Translations under genes and position numbers: made by a program
Shown here: positions 28,611 to 44,650 of the stretch, piece after piece
How positions within the stretch are numbered: position 1 is the stretch's first letter
Layout of the letters: the number at the start of each line of letters is the position of its first letter
The notes under the pieces: generated by a model
What the model saw: only the letters and a program-made list of their open reading frames with translations
The model's database searches: none
What the model was told of the DNA's origin: nothing
Source: the human T2T-CHM13v2.0 reference genome, Homo sapiens
Strand: one strand, 5' to 3'
Assembly (NCBI RefSeq): GCF_009914755.1
Contig: NC_060925.1
DNA length: 64,000 bases

Positions 28611-28927
28611 TCTCTGTTGCCCAGGCTGGAGTGCAGTGGTGCAATCTCAGCTCACTGCAACCTCCACCACCACCACCCACCACACCCCCCAGCCACCGCA
28701 CCCCCACCCCCCACCCCCCGCCGGGTTCAAGCGATTCTCCTGCTTCAGCCTCCCGAGTAGCTGGGATTACAGGCACCTGCCACCATGCCTGGCTAATTTT
28801 TGTATTTTTAGTAGAGGTGGGGTTTCACCATCTTGGCCAGGTTGGTCTTGAAATCCTGACCTCGTGATCCACCTGCCTCAGCCTCCTAAAGTGCTGGGAT
28901 TACAGGCGTGAGCCACCACGCCCAGCC
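28611..28927 (-). mobile_element. Alu (AluS-type) with C-rich internal expansion; tail converted to (CCTT)n
   Basis: Reverse Alu body; extra C-rich tract at ~28661-28722. Confidence 0.9.
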
Positions 28928-30585
28928 TAGTTTTCTTTTTTTGATGGGGTCTTTTTCTGGTTTTGGTGTCAGGATAATAACTGACCTCATAGAATGAGTT
29001 TTGGAAGTATTCCCTCTTCCTCTATTTTTTGGAGTAGTGTGAGTAGGATTGGTATTAGTTGTTCTTTAAACATCTGGTAGATTTCAGCAGTGAAACCATT
29101 GGGTCCCAGTGTTTTCTTTGCTGGGAGACTTTTTATTACAGCTTCAATCTTCTTACTTGTTATTGGTCTGTTCAGGTTTTGAATTTTTTCATGGTTCACT
29201 CTTGTTTGGTTGTATGTGTCTAGGAATTTATCCATTTTCTCTAGATTTTCCATCTTACTGGCATATAGTTGCTCATAGTAGCCTTCAGTGATCCTTTGAA
29301 TTTCTGTGGTATTGGTTGTATCATCTCCTTTTTTATCTCTGATTTTATTTATTTGGATCTTCTCTTTTTTTCTTAGTCTGGCTGAAAGGTTTGTCAATTT
29401 TGTTTATCTTTGCAAAAGACCAACTTTTTGTTTCATTAATTTTATATTTTAATTTCATTTATTTCTGTTCTGATCTTTATTATTTCTTTTCTTCTGGTAA
29501 CTTTGGGTTTGGTTAACTCTTGCTTTTGTAGTTCTTTAAGATGCATCAATAGGTTATTTGAAGTTTTTCTTCTTTTTTGATGTAGGCACTTATAGCTATA
29601 AACTTTCCTCTTAGTACTTCTTTTGCTGTTTCCCATAGGTTTTGGTATGTTGTGTTTCCATTATCATTTGTTTCAATAAATTTTTCCCTTTTCTTCTTAA
29701 TCTGTTCATTGAGCCACTGGTCATTCAGGAGCATATTGTTTCATTTTCATGTGTTTGTATAGTCTCTAAAATTTCTCTTGTTATTGATTTCTAGTTTTAT
29801 TCCGTTGTGGTCAGAGAAGATAATTGATATTATTTCAGTTTTTTTGAATGTTTGAAGACTTATTTTGTGGCCTAACATATGGTCTATCCTTGAGAATGAT
29901 CCATGTGCTGAGAAGAAGAATGTGTATTCTGCAGCCATTGGATGAAATGTTCTGTAAATATCTATTAGGTCCATTTGGTCTGTAGTGCAGATTAAGTCTG
30001 ACATTTCTTTGTTGATTTTCTGTCTTGATCATCTGTCCAGTGCTGAAAGTGGGGTGTTGAGATCTCCAGTTCTTACTGTACTGGAGTTTATCTCTCTCTT
30101 TAGCTCTAATAATATTTGCTGTATATATCTGGGTGCTCCAGTGTTTCATGCATATATATTTATAATTGTTATAGCCTGTTTCTGAATTGACCTTCTTATT
30201 ATATAGTGACCATTTTTATCTATTCTTATATTTTTTGTTTTGGAATCTTTGGTGTATTTTGTATTTTCTGTAGCTACTCCTGCTCTTTTTTGGTTTCTAT
30301 TGGCATGGAATAATCTTTTTCCATTCCTTTATTTTCAGTCTTAGAGTGTCTTTATAGGTGAAGCGTGTTTCTTGTAGGCAACAGATCTTGTTAAAAAAAA
30401 ACAGGGTCTTGTTTTTTTTAACCCATTCAATCACTCTTAAACTCCATTTATGTTCAGTATTATTACTGATAAGTAAGGACTTTTGCCATTTCGTTATTTG
30501 TTTTCTGGTAGTCTCTTCCTTCTTTCCTTCCTTCCTGTATTCTTTTTAGTGAAGGTGATTTTCTCTGCTGGTATGTTTTAATTTT

Positions 30586-30587
<2 letters not shown>

Positions 30588-30632
<45 letters not shown>
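30588..30632. repeat. (GT)n microsatellite
   Basis: About 22 GT units. Confidence 0.97.
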
Positions 30633-30633
<1 letters not shown>

Positions 30634-30696
30634 TACGTTTTTTGATTTGAGGTTACCATGAGGCTTGTAAATATTATCTAATAACTCATTATTTTA

Positions 30697-31013
<317 letters not shown>

Positions 31014-33858
31014 CCCTCGTTATTTTAAACTGATGACAACACTGACTGCATAAAAAAGGAAGCAAAAAGAAAACTAATAAAAACTCTACACTTTAACTTT
31101 GTCTCCCCACTTTTTAACTTTGTTTCTATTTATATCTTATTTTACTATGTGTTGAAAAGTTGTTGTAGTTATTATTTTTGATCAGTTCATCTTTTCATCT
31201 TTCTACTTCAGATATGAGTAGTTTACACACCACAATAACAGTGTTATAATAGTCTGTGTACTTACTATTACCAGTAAGTTTTGTATGTTGAGATGATTTC
31301 TTACTGCTCATTCTTGTCCTTTTTTTTTCTGGTTGAAGAACTTCTTTTAGCATTTCTTACAGAACAGTTCTGGTGTTGGTGAAACCTTTTATTTGCCCTG
31401 AAATAATCTTTTATTTTTATTTTGTTATTCCAGATGAAATAATCAGCTTTTATTTGACCGGAAAAGGCTTTATTTCTTCTTCATATTTGAAGGATATTTT
31501 TGTCAGATATACTATTTTAGGATGAAAGTTTTTTTCCTTCAGTACTTTAAATGTGTCATGCCACTCTCTTGGTCTGTAAGGTTTCCACTGAAAAGTCTGC
31601 TGCCAGATGTATTGGAGCTCCATTGTATGTTATTTGTTTCTTTTCTCTTGCTGCTTTTATGATCGTTTCTTTATCCTTGACCTTTGGGAGTTTAATTATT
31701 AAATGCCTTAAGGTAATCTTCTTTGGTTTAATTCTGCTTGGTGTTCTATAACCTTCTTGTAGTTGAATATTGATATCCTTCTTTAGCTTTAGGAAGTTCT
31801 CTGTTATTATCTCTTTGAATAAACTTTCTACCCCAAGTCTCTCTCCACCTCCTTTTTAAGGCCAGTAATTCTTAGATTTGCCCTTTTGAGGTTCTTGTCT
31901 AGATCTTGTAGGCATGCTTTACTTTTTTTATTCCTTTTTCTTTCATCTCTTCTGACTGTGTGTTTACAAATAGCCTGTCTTTAAGCTCACTATTTTTTTT
32001 GCTTGATCACTTCTGTTATTAAGAGACTCTAATGCATTCTTCAGTATGTCAGTTGCATTTTCAACTCCAGAATTTCTGCATGATTCTTTCTCATTATTTG
32101 AGTTTCTTTGTTAAATTTATCTGATAGGGTTCTGAATTCCTCCTCTGCTTTATCTTGAATTTCTTGGGAGTTTCCTCAAAACAGCTGGTTTGAATTCTAT
32201 CTGAAAGGTCTCATATCTCCATTTCTCTGGAATTGGTTCCTGGTGCCTTATTTAGTTCCTTTGGTGAGGTCATGTTTTCCTGGATGTCTTGAGTTTGTGG
32301 ATTGTTCGTTGGTGTTTGGGCATTCAAGAGTTATTTATTGTAGTCTTTGCAATCTGTGTTTGTTTATACCCACCCTTCTTGCAATGGCTTTCCAGGTATT
32401 CAAAGAGACTTGGGTGTAGTGATATAAGTTTTTAGTGACTGCATCTGTTATCTGCATTAGGGGGTTCCCCAAGCCCAGTAACATTGTGGTTCTTGCAGAC
32501 TCATAGAGGTGTACCACCTTGGTGGTCTTGGATAAGAGCCAGAAGAATTCTCTGGATTGTCAGGTAGAGACTCTTGTTCTCATCTTTTACTTTGTCCTAG
32601 ATAAACAGAGTTTATCTTTCTGTGCTGAGGTGCCTGGAGCTTGGTGATGGGTGACTCAAGCACCCCTTGGGCCACCATCACTGGGACCACACTGGGTCAG
32701 ACCCGAAGCTAGCGCAACACTGGATGTTTCTGAAGGACTGCTATAACCACCACCTGCCTATTACCTATATTTGCTCAAGGACCTAGGGCTCTATATTCAG
32801 CAGGTAGTGAATCCAGCCAGGCTTGTGTTCTTCTCTTAAGGGTGGCAAGTTCCCCAAGTCCCCGGGCAGGTCCAGAGATGCTCTCTGGGAGCCAGGGCTT
32901 GCATTCTGAAACCTTAGAAATCTACCTGGTGCTCTTTTCTACCTCGGCTGAGCAGGCGCTGAAACCATTGTTCTTTCTACTCTTTCCTTCCCTTTTCTCA
33001 GGCAGAGGAGTCTCCCCATGTCCACCAACACTATAGGGCCACAGGAAATACTGCCAGGGTACCACCAATGTGCACTTATGGCCCAAGCGCTCTTCATTTA
33101 GTTTGTGGTGAATGCTGCCAGGCCTGGGACTCACGCTTCAGGTCAGTGGACTCCCCTCTGGCACAGGGTAGGTCTAGAGATGCTGTCTAAGAGCCAAGAC
33201 TTGGTATTGGGGACCCCAAAAGCCTGCTTAGTGCTCTTTCCTACTGTCGATGAGCTGGTACCTAAGCTCAAGACAAAGTTCCTTTTGCTCTTCCCTCTGT
33301 TTTTCTCAAGCTGAAGTGGTCCCTCCTCATAGCCACCACAGCTGTGAATGTGCCGGCTTACACGTGAAGCCAGCATGTCTCAGAGTCTCACCCAAGGCCC
33401 ATGGTGTATACTACCTGTTTACCACTGCTGCTTATTCAGGGCCCAAGGGTTCTGTGTTCAGCAGATGATGAATCCTGCCAGAACTAGGTTTTTCCCTTCA
33501 AGGCAGCTGGTTCCCTTCAGGTCAAGGGTGTGTCTAGAAATGTTGTCTGAGAGCCAGGGCCTGGAATGGGGGGCCTCGTGACACTGCCCAGTGTCCTTTC
33601 CTACTGTAGCTCAGTTGGTATCCCAGTTGCAAGATGAAGTCCTCTTTACTCTTCCCTACCCTCTCTTCACACAGAAGGAAGGGGTTTCTTTTGGAGCTTC
33701 AAGCCTTGCTGCCTGGCACTGGGAGACAGATGACATGAGCACCCCCTTAGTTGCCCTGGCTGCTGTCTTACTAGGTCACGTGTCCCCCCAGTCGACTGGC
33801 TCTGATCCTAGCACAGCACAGGGTCCTGCCTAAGAGTTGCAGTCCTTGTGGCCTAGAC

Positions 33859-34577
33859 CAGCATTCCCCGACATTTTTAGCACCAGGGGCTGGTTTCATG
33901 GAAGTCAGTTTTTTCATGGGGTGGAGGAAGAGAAATGGTTTCCGGATGAAACTGTTCTACCTCAGATCATCAGGCATTAGAGTCTCACAAGGAGCATACA
34001 ACCTAGAATCTCTTCCATGTGCAGTTCACAAGAGTTCGTGCTCCTGTGAGAATCTAATGCTGCCGCTGATCTGATAGGAGGTGGAGCTCAGGCAGTAATG
34101 CTCACTTGCCCACCTCGCACTTCCTATATTCATCCATTCTCACACTGTTATGAAGAAATATCCAATTATTAAATATAAAGGAAAGAGGTTTAATTGACTC
34201 ACAGTTTCCCATTGCTGAGGAGGTCTTAGGAATCTTACAATTGTGGTGGAAGACAAAGGAGAAGTAAACACCTTTTTCAAAGGGTGGCAGGATGGAGTGA
34301 GTGCAAGCAAGGGAAATGCCAGACGCTTATAAAACCATCAGACCTCATGAGACTCACTCACTATCGCAAGAACAGCATGGGGAAAACCGCCGCCGTGATC
34401 CAAGTACCTCCACCTGGTCCCACCCTTGACATTCGTGGGGATTATGGGAATTTCAATTCAAGATGAGATTTTGGGTGGGGGACACAGCCAAACCATATTA
34501 CCTCCTGCTGTGTGGCCTGGTTCCTAACAGGCCAAAGACCATTACTGGTCCAGGGCCTTGGGGATTGGGAACCACTG
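33859..34577. mobile_element. MER1 hAT MITE inside L1 5' region, split by a MaLR LTR
   Basis: MER1 termini; 8-bp TSD gcctagac at 33851-33858 and 34578-34585. Confidence 0.88.
34125..34500. mobile_element. THE1/MST (ERVL-MaLR) solo LTR
   Basis: 'aaaggaaagaggtttaattgactcacagtt...gggacacagccaaaccatatta'; 5-bp TSD cttcc/cctcc. Confidence 0.88.
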
Positions 34578-36031
34578 GCCTAGACAGTCTTTCATGTTTA
34601 TTTAGAGTGCCAGAGCACTTTAGCCCTTGGTGGAAAGGCTTGCTGAAACTCAAGTTCCTGCTACTAGGATAGGCTATTCCTTTCTGGCTAGGGCTGGACT
34701 AAATGCTCCTTCCATGGGTGCTGGCTGAATTCAGCCCAGTGTTGGCAGCACTGGGTTCCAATGTGAAGTCTCACAATTGCTGCACTCTCCCTCCCTCAAG
34801 TGCAGAGATTCTCTCTCTGTGCCACACAGCTGGCCACACTGCTGGGGTTTGGGGGAGGGGTAGTGTCAGCAATTCAAGATTGTCCGTCCTACCTTCTTCA
34901 GTGCCTCTTTTCAGTGATACAGAGTAAAAACCAGTTACTGTGTTTACTCAACTGATTTCTGATTCATATGAAGGCTTTTTTTGTGTAGATAGTCATTAAA
35001 TTTGATGTTCCTGTGGGGATGATGATTGATGGAGGCTTCTGTTCTACCATCTTGCTCTGCCTCCCCTAACTATGATTTTTGAGTTAATTTTTGTGTGTGG
35101 TGTTAGGTAAGGGTCCACCTTCCTTCTTTTGGGTATAGATATCCAATTTTCCCAGTACTATTTGTTGAAAAGACTGTTTTCTCCATTGGGTGATCTTGGC
35201 ACCCTCATAAAAATTTATTTGACCGTATATAGGAGGGTTTATTTGTGGACTGTATTCCACTGGTTTAACTTTATGTCAGTACTATACTATTTGGATTATT
35301 GTAGCTTTGTAGTAAGTTTGGAAATCAGGAAGTGTGAGTCCTCTGGCTTTGTGCTTCTTCAAGATTCTTGTAGCTGTTCAGCGTCCCTTGAGATTCCATA
35401 TGAATTTGACAATGGGGTTTTTCCATTTCTGCAAGAAAGATGTTTAGGATTTCGATAGGTACTGGACTGAATTGTAGATCGCTTTGAGTAGTATTGACAT
35501 CTTAACAATATTGAGTCTTATAATACACATGAACGTAGGATGTGTTTCCATTTATTTGTCTTTCATTTCTTTCAGCAACATTTTCTTCTTTATATTGTAC
35601 ATGTCTTTCCCTTATTTGGGTAAGTTAATTACTAAGTATTTTATTCTTTTCGATGCTATTGTTAAATGGAATTGCTGTCATTTTCAGATTGTTTCTGCAA
35701 TTTGTTGTTTCCTTTTCAGATTGTTGGTTGTTAGTGTATAGAAATGCAACTGATTTTTGCATGTTGACTTCATATCCCACTTTGCGTCAGCTTTGTATCA
35801 GCTACTTTGCTGAATTCATTGATTAGTTTTTCTTTTTTTGGTGTGGAATCTTTAGGTTTTTCTACATATAAAATTAGCATATGCAAATACAGATAATTTT
35901 ACTTTCCAGTTTGGATGTCTCTCATTTCTTTTTCTTGCCTAATTGCCCTGGCTAGAACTTACATTGAACAGAAATGATGAAAATGGGCATCTTTTCCTTG
36001 TTCCTGATCTTAGAGGAAACCATTTTCAGTC

Positions 36032-36325
<294 letters not shown>

Positions 36326-37068
36326 AAATTTCAGTCTTTCACCATTCATTGTGGGTTTTTCAGATATGGCTTTATTATCTTGAGGTAGTTTCTATACCTA
36401 GTCTTTTGAATTTTTTTTTAATCATGATTTTGTCAAATGTGTTTATCAATTCAAGTGATCATGTGATATCCCCCCTTCATTCTGTTAATGTGGTGTATTA
36501 CATTGATTGATTTTCCTGTGTTGAACTATCATTTCAACACAGGAATTATTTCAGTAATAAATCCCACTTGGTCATGGTGTATAATCCTTCTAATATGATG
36601 CTGATTTTGGTTTTCTAGTATTTTGTTGAGGATTTTTGCATCAAAGTTCATTGGAGATATTTGCCCATAGTTTTGTTTTCTTGTAGCGTATTTGTCTGAC
36701 TTTGGTATCAAAGTAATACTGGCCTCATAGCATGAGTTAGGAAGCATTTCCTCCTGTTCAGTTTTTTGGAAAAGTTTGGGAAGGGTTGATATTCTTTAAA
36801 TGTTGGGTAGAATTCACCAAAGAGCCATGAGGTCCAGGGCTTTTCTTTGTTGGAATTATGGAGTCAATCTTTTTACTATTTATAGATCTGTTCAGATTTT
36901 CTGTTTCTTCATGGTTTAGTCTTAACAGGTTTTACCTTCCTAGGAATTTGTCCATTTCATCTGGATTATCCAATTTTTTGGTGCATAGTTGTTCACAGTA
37001 CTCTTTTATAATACTTTTTATTTCTATAGAATCAGTAGTAATGTCCTTACTTTCATTTCTGATTTTAG

Positions 37069-37659
<591 letters not shown>

Positions 37660-37916
37660 TAAATTTGCCCCTAACACTGCTTTCACAGTGTCTCATAGGT
37701 TTTGGTATGTTGTGTTTTTATTTTCATTCCTCTCTAAATGTTTTACAATTTTCCTTGTGATTTCTTCTTTGATCCATGAGTTATTGAAGTATGTGTTGTT
37801 TACTTTCCATAATTTTGTGAATTTTCAAGTTTTATTTCTGTTAATTGATTTCTAATTTCATACTGTTATGATCAGAGAAAATACTTTCTTTGTATGATTA
37901 TTTCTTTTAAAGTCTA

Positions 37917-38350
<434 letters not shown>

Positions 38351-38467
38351 TTATCTATTATTGGTCGAGAGATATTGAAGTCTCCAGCTATTATTGTATA
38401 AGTATGTATTTTTTTCTCTTCAATTCTGTTAATTTTTGCTCCATATATTCTGATGGTCTGTCTTTAG

Positions 38468-38766
<299 letters not shown>

Positions 38767-38781
38767 GTATAAATGTTTATA

Positions 38782-39090
38782 CAGTAGTTCCTGCTTCTCC
38801 ATGGGGGATGTTCCAAGACCCCCAGTGGATACTTGAAACCATGGATAGTACCAAACCCTATAGGTACTATGTTTTTTCCCATACATATATATGTATGATG
38901 AAGTTTAATTTATAAATTAGACACAGTAAGAGATTAACAATAATAACTAATAATAATATAGAACAGTTACAACAATATACCGTGATAAAAGTTATGTGAA
39001 TGTGGTCTCTGTCTCTTAAAATATCTTAATGTACTGTATTATGGGTAAACAAAACTGTGGAAAGTGAAACTGTATGAGGGGTGACTACTG
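38782..39090. mobile_element. MER44/Tigger7-type MITE
   Basis: cagtagtt...gactactg termini with TA flanks; homologous to 22534-23026. Confidence 0.82.
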
Positions 39091-40649
39091 TAAATGTTAT
39101 ATTTTCTTGCTGTATTGAACCTTTAAAAAAATATGATATTCTCCTTTGTGTCTTTTAAGTTTTTCTTAAAATCTTTGTTGTTACTATTTGTACAAAGTAT
39201 CTATTTCCATCCTTTCACTTTCAATTTGTTTGTGTCTTTAGATCTAAAGTGTCTTGTAGAAGCTTATAGTTGAATCATGTATTTTTTATCTGTTCTGCCA
39301 ATTTCTGTTTTTTCATTGGAGAATTTAATTCATTTACATCTAAAGTAATTACTGATACAAGGTGTAATTATGTCATTTTCCAATTTTCTATATTCTTTAT
39401 AGATTTTTTTGGCCCTTATTTCCTCCTTATGTGTTTAGTTGATTTTTTGTAGTGAAATGTTTACATTTCTTTTTCATTTGCTTTTGTGTGGACTATAAAT
39501 ATTTTCTTTGTGGTTACCATGAGGAGTACATTTAACATCATATAGTTAAAACACTCTAATTTGAATTTTTACCAGCTTAACTTCAATAACATACAAAAAC
39601 TGCTTCTTTACAACTCCATCTTCATCACTTTCAGTTGTGCAGATGTCATAAAATTACATTTTTATATACTGTGTGCCCAGAAACTTAAAATAATAATTCT
39701 TTTGAATGTGTTAGACTCTTAAATCATGTAGAAAATAAAAAATGTAGTTAAGAACTGTTGTTACAATAATACCAGCTTTTATAACTGCCCATATATTTAT
39801 CTTTATTGAGAACTTTTATTTCTTTATACAGCTTTGAGTTACTGTCTAGTGTTCTTTCATTTCATTTTGCAGGATTCTCTTAAATATTTCTTACAGGGGC
39901 AAACCTAGTAGTAACAAACTTCTTCAGCTGTTTGAGAATGTCCTAATTTCTCCCTCAATTTTGAAGGACGTTTTTGCTGAACATAGGATTCTTGGTTGAT
40001 AGTTTTTCTCTTTTAGTACTTTGACTATGTTGGCAATTTGACCTGGATCTTGAAGGATGGTTAAGATTTACAAGATGGATTAAAAGATGGGGATAAAGGG
40101 AAGGGATTCCAGGTGGAGGCAACAGTAAAAAAAGGCAAAGATAGAAGAAATACTGAGGTCTCTAAAATGAGTAATATGTAATTTATTTTGTTTTGAGGGT
40201 TAGATTATGAAAATCAAAGTGGTTTTTTCCATTTTGAAAGATAAGCCTAGAAAGGTAGATTGGACCATTCTTTGTGTTTTAGAGGCCAGCAGAGGAGTAT
40301 GGACTTTATTTTGTGGCCCTGAGGAAATCTTTGCAAGTTTTTGGGTAGGAGAATCGGGCTACTGCTTTGGGAAGATTGATTTGGCAGCATTTTGTAAGAT
40401 CTGTCAGAGAGATCAAAACTCATAGGTGGTTAAACCAGTTAAAATTCTGTTGAAATAGTTTAGATGGATAGGAGATTATGAAGGCAAAAGAGGATGTGGC
40501 AGTGGAATTGACTGTATCAGATCTGTACATGCATGAGTGGAAAGAAAGAAAACGTAATAATGTTAACTACACTAGGATAATGATTTTTATTTTCCTCATG
40601 ATATATCTGAAGTATCTAGTACAGTGGCTGGCACATAATATATATATAT

Positions 40650-41000
40650 TTTTTTGAGACGGAGTCTCGTCCTGTCACCCAGGCTGGAGTGCAATGGCAT
40701 GATCTCGGCTCACTGCAGCCCCCACCTCCTGGGTTCAAATGATTCTCTTGCCTCAGCCTTGGGATTACATGTGTCAACTACCAAGCCCAGCTAATTTCTG
40801 TATTTTTAGTAGAGACAGGGTCTCACCATGTTGGCCAGGCTGATCTTGAACTCCTGACCTTGTGATCTGCCTGCTTCGGCCTCCCAAAGTGCTGGGATTA
40901 CAGGTGTGAGTCACCGCACACAGCCAACTTTTTGTTTGTTTGTTTGTTTAAAGAGACAGAGTTTTGCTGGGATTACAGGTGTGAGCCACCGCGTCTAGCC
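40650..41000 (-). mobile_element. Alu plus an adjacent deleted Alu monomer
   Basis: Dimer at 40650-40926 followed by a second tail and left-arm remnant at 40929-41000. Confidence 0.85.
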
Positions 41001-42600
41001 AATATATTCTTAAATATTTGTTGAATGAGTGAGATTGTTTTGACTGAGATTCTTAATCTGTGTGATTTGGATACTGGTGATGACATTAACAGAAATAAAG
41101 CCTTAAGAAGAAAATGAATTGAATTTTGAACATTCTGAGTTTGTGTTATCAGACATGTGGCCAAGGATCTAAATTCAGGAGATACCCACATGGAAAGAAT
41201 AAAAGCCATGTCAATAGATGTCAGAGAATATTAGTGCAAAAATTTGTGTGACTATAACATGACATATTCCAAATTGATTCCTCCTATTACAGATTACATA
41301 TATCTTATATATTTAATATACATTTAGTTTAATCAGTACAATAAAACTTTAGTGTTGTAACAACTTCTCCATATTGAATTGCCATTTACTGACTGGGTTC
41401 TTTTGAATTCCTTGAAAATGAGTCAGGCTTAATGCTTATATACTCTAGGCTTTAGCTTGTTAAGTATGTACAAGAGTATATTAATCTTAAATTTTAATAT
41501 GAGAATTTGTGTAAGAGTTTTTCTTGGCTTTGCTGATTTTATTTCTATCATTAGAACCAAAGCTAAGTAAGTTTATTTGTATTTTGGGATAGAAATGAAG
41601 ATTATTTAGTATGTTGATTCTTTGTATAGTACACATGAGAATGCTGGATGTCCTCTTTTGAGGTTTATAATTTGATTTACAAAACTGTCCTGTTTATTTT
41701 AGTATTAGGAAAACATTTATAATTTTTAGATGATGAGACAAACCATATTAGATGTAACTGACTTGTACATTATTCACCCAATATTTCTGGTGAAGTAATT
41801 TAAAAACAGAATACAAAAAGAGGAAGTGGAAACTGAAAAAGATAATTGGAGAATATTTCTGGGGTATTGTAGATGAGCACATAATGCACATATTTAAAAT
41901 AATATATTCAAATTTTATTTTTCAAGGTTTCCATTTGGAAAGGTTGTTCAGATAAAAAAGTATCTGTTGTAATTTTATTCAGTTGTGAAACATTATTAAC
42001 AGGGGTTATGACTCCTTTAAGGTTTATGAGCACAAATATTCCTTGCCCTTTCTCTTCATATGCTTTTCTTTATTTATTTTATTGTTTATTAATCCAGTAG
42101 ATTGTAAAGTGCTAACTTTGAATGACTGTTGAAGCGAATGAGAGCAACATAACAGTAGACATTTTGTTGATGATTGTCATAATATTTATAGTATGTTGTG
42201 TATGAGACATAATGGTTAGCTGATAGGAAGTAGGAGTTTTTTAGCTTCTGATCTCCTTTAAATGGTTTGTGAAACCCATTTGTGCCTTGGAAAGGAGATT
42301 AGAGATGATCTAATATGGGTTATTAAAAATGAACAACATGAGAAATTTGTTCTCATTGAATATACATGTTAACTTTTAAGTATACCCTATTTTTACAAAA
42401 AAAGGTATATTGTACAAAATTTAAGTAATTTTTTAGATTGAATAATATAATTAGGATACATTATTATTAAAATCATAAACTGGGATCTGCATATATTTTC
42501 TTTGGAGTCTGTAGGTTTCCTATGAGAATGAAAGATATTGTGTGTTCACATCAGCAATCATCTAAAAATAAAGTAGGAACATATTTTATATCATCTAGAT

Positions 42601-42927
42601 CAGGGGTCCCCAACCCCAAGGCCGCAGACCAGTACTGGGCCATGGCCTGTTAGGAACTGGGCCACACAGCAGGAGGTAAGCAGTGGGCCAGTGTGTATTA
42701 CCGCCTGAGCTCTGCCTCCCATCACATCAGCAACGGCGTTAGATTCTCATAGGAGTACGACCCCTATTGTGAACTGTGCACGCAAGGGATCTAGGTTGTG
42801 TGCTTTTCATGAGAATCTAACTAATTATCTGAAGTGGAACAGTTTCATTTCCCCTGCCACCCTGGTCTTTGGAATAATTGTCTTCCGTGAAACTAGTCCC
42901 TGGAGCCAAAAGGGTTGGGGACCACTG
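42601..42927. mobile_element. MER1 (MER1B-like) hAT MITE, complete
   Basis: TIRs caggggtccccaacc ... ggttggggaccactg; 8-bp TSD atctagat on both sides. Confidence 0.92.
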
Positions 42928-43351
42928 ATCTAGATGACCATTTAATAAACCAGTAATACCAGTAGATTGCAGTGCCCATGTGTATGCTTGTTTTGCTATT
43001 GGTTCCAGGTAGAACTGTACTACTTTGTGATGAGCTTTTAAGAACTGAGACATATCTCATGCATAAATGATTCATTTTTGGAAAATACAGGGTCAAATAA
43101 TGTCACAACATTGTGATGTAAGTTTTGTGGTAGTTCATATTCTATTAGCTAACATTTTTGAGCATCTTCCATGTTCTTGGCACTGTTCTAAGTGTTATGC
43201 ATGTATGATCATGAATCAAACTTAATATTGTTTTAAGAGTTTTTATGATAGTCCTCATTAAAGACTTGTGTGGTATGTGCCATCACTATTCCTGTTTTAC
43301 AGATGAGGGTGCTAAAGTACAGAGAAGTTAATTTTCCCAAGGTTATACAAC

Positions 43352-43808
<457 letters not shown>

Positions 43809-44195
43809 GAGTTAGTTTTCATACACATTGTCTGACATCATAGCTCCCAGCCACTCTGTTATGCTTGTCTGACATCATAGCAACCAGCCACTCTGTTATG
43901 CTGCCTCACTGTAGAGACAAGTACTTGTAGAATTACATCACATTTGACACAGTAATATAGCCATTCCAAGCTAAAAAGAACATGTATATTGGCAGTCAGC
44001 ACCACATTGATGTTACAATTTGAGATTTCATTTCAGCAAAACACCATTTTTTTTCCTGTCATGGTAATGTTGGTTGAATATTATTGGTTTGTGGTTATCT
44101 TTGGATTCAGTTTGTAAGATTTTACTGTTATATGAGTTGTTATAAGTACTAGGAGTTTGTTCTAGTTTACATTTATATATATTTTAATAACATTA

Positions 44196-44650
44196 TGTAA
44201 ACCAAACAGTATCTGAGACATGTCTTAATCAATTTAGAAGTTTATTTTACCAAGTTTAAGACATGCCTGGAAGAAATAAACACAGAATCACAGAAACAGT
44301 CTGTGGTCTGTGTCTTTCTCCAAAGATAATTCTGAGGGCTTCAATATTTAAAGGGGAAAAATGGGCTGGAGGAGAAAGAGGGAGGGTATGGTAATCCCCA
44401 TGTTGCAAAAGAAAAGGAGCAGACAGGGTAATAGTCAATTATGTATTAGTCTCTTGCTCAGTAAAGCAGCACTTTACATAAGATAAGGATAACATAGAGT
44501 AGCTACCTCTGGAGATATTTAACCTTTTATCTGTAGCTATCTGCCGAGGAACAAAAGGAAACACCTTTTCTTATATTACTTAGTTTTCAGCTTAATTTTT
44601 TTCTTTTGGCATAGTGAATTGGGGTCACAAGTTTTTATTTTCCTTTCACA
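44196..44650 (-). mobile_element. MER4-family (ERV1) solo LTR
   Basis: TG...CA termini (tgtaaacc...tttcaca); 4-bp TSD atta. Confidence 0.8.

Noticed and set aside
28170-28867. GRKE-repeat and PSFL-repeat ORFs
   Set aside because: Translations of a microsatellite and an Alu.
43296-43312. ttacagatgagg resembling the start of XPR1 exon 3
   Set aside because: It is a MIR core motif, lies upstream of exon 2 and does not continue as XPR1 coding sequence.
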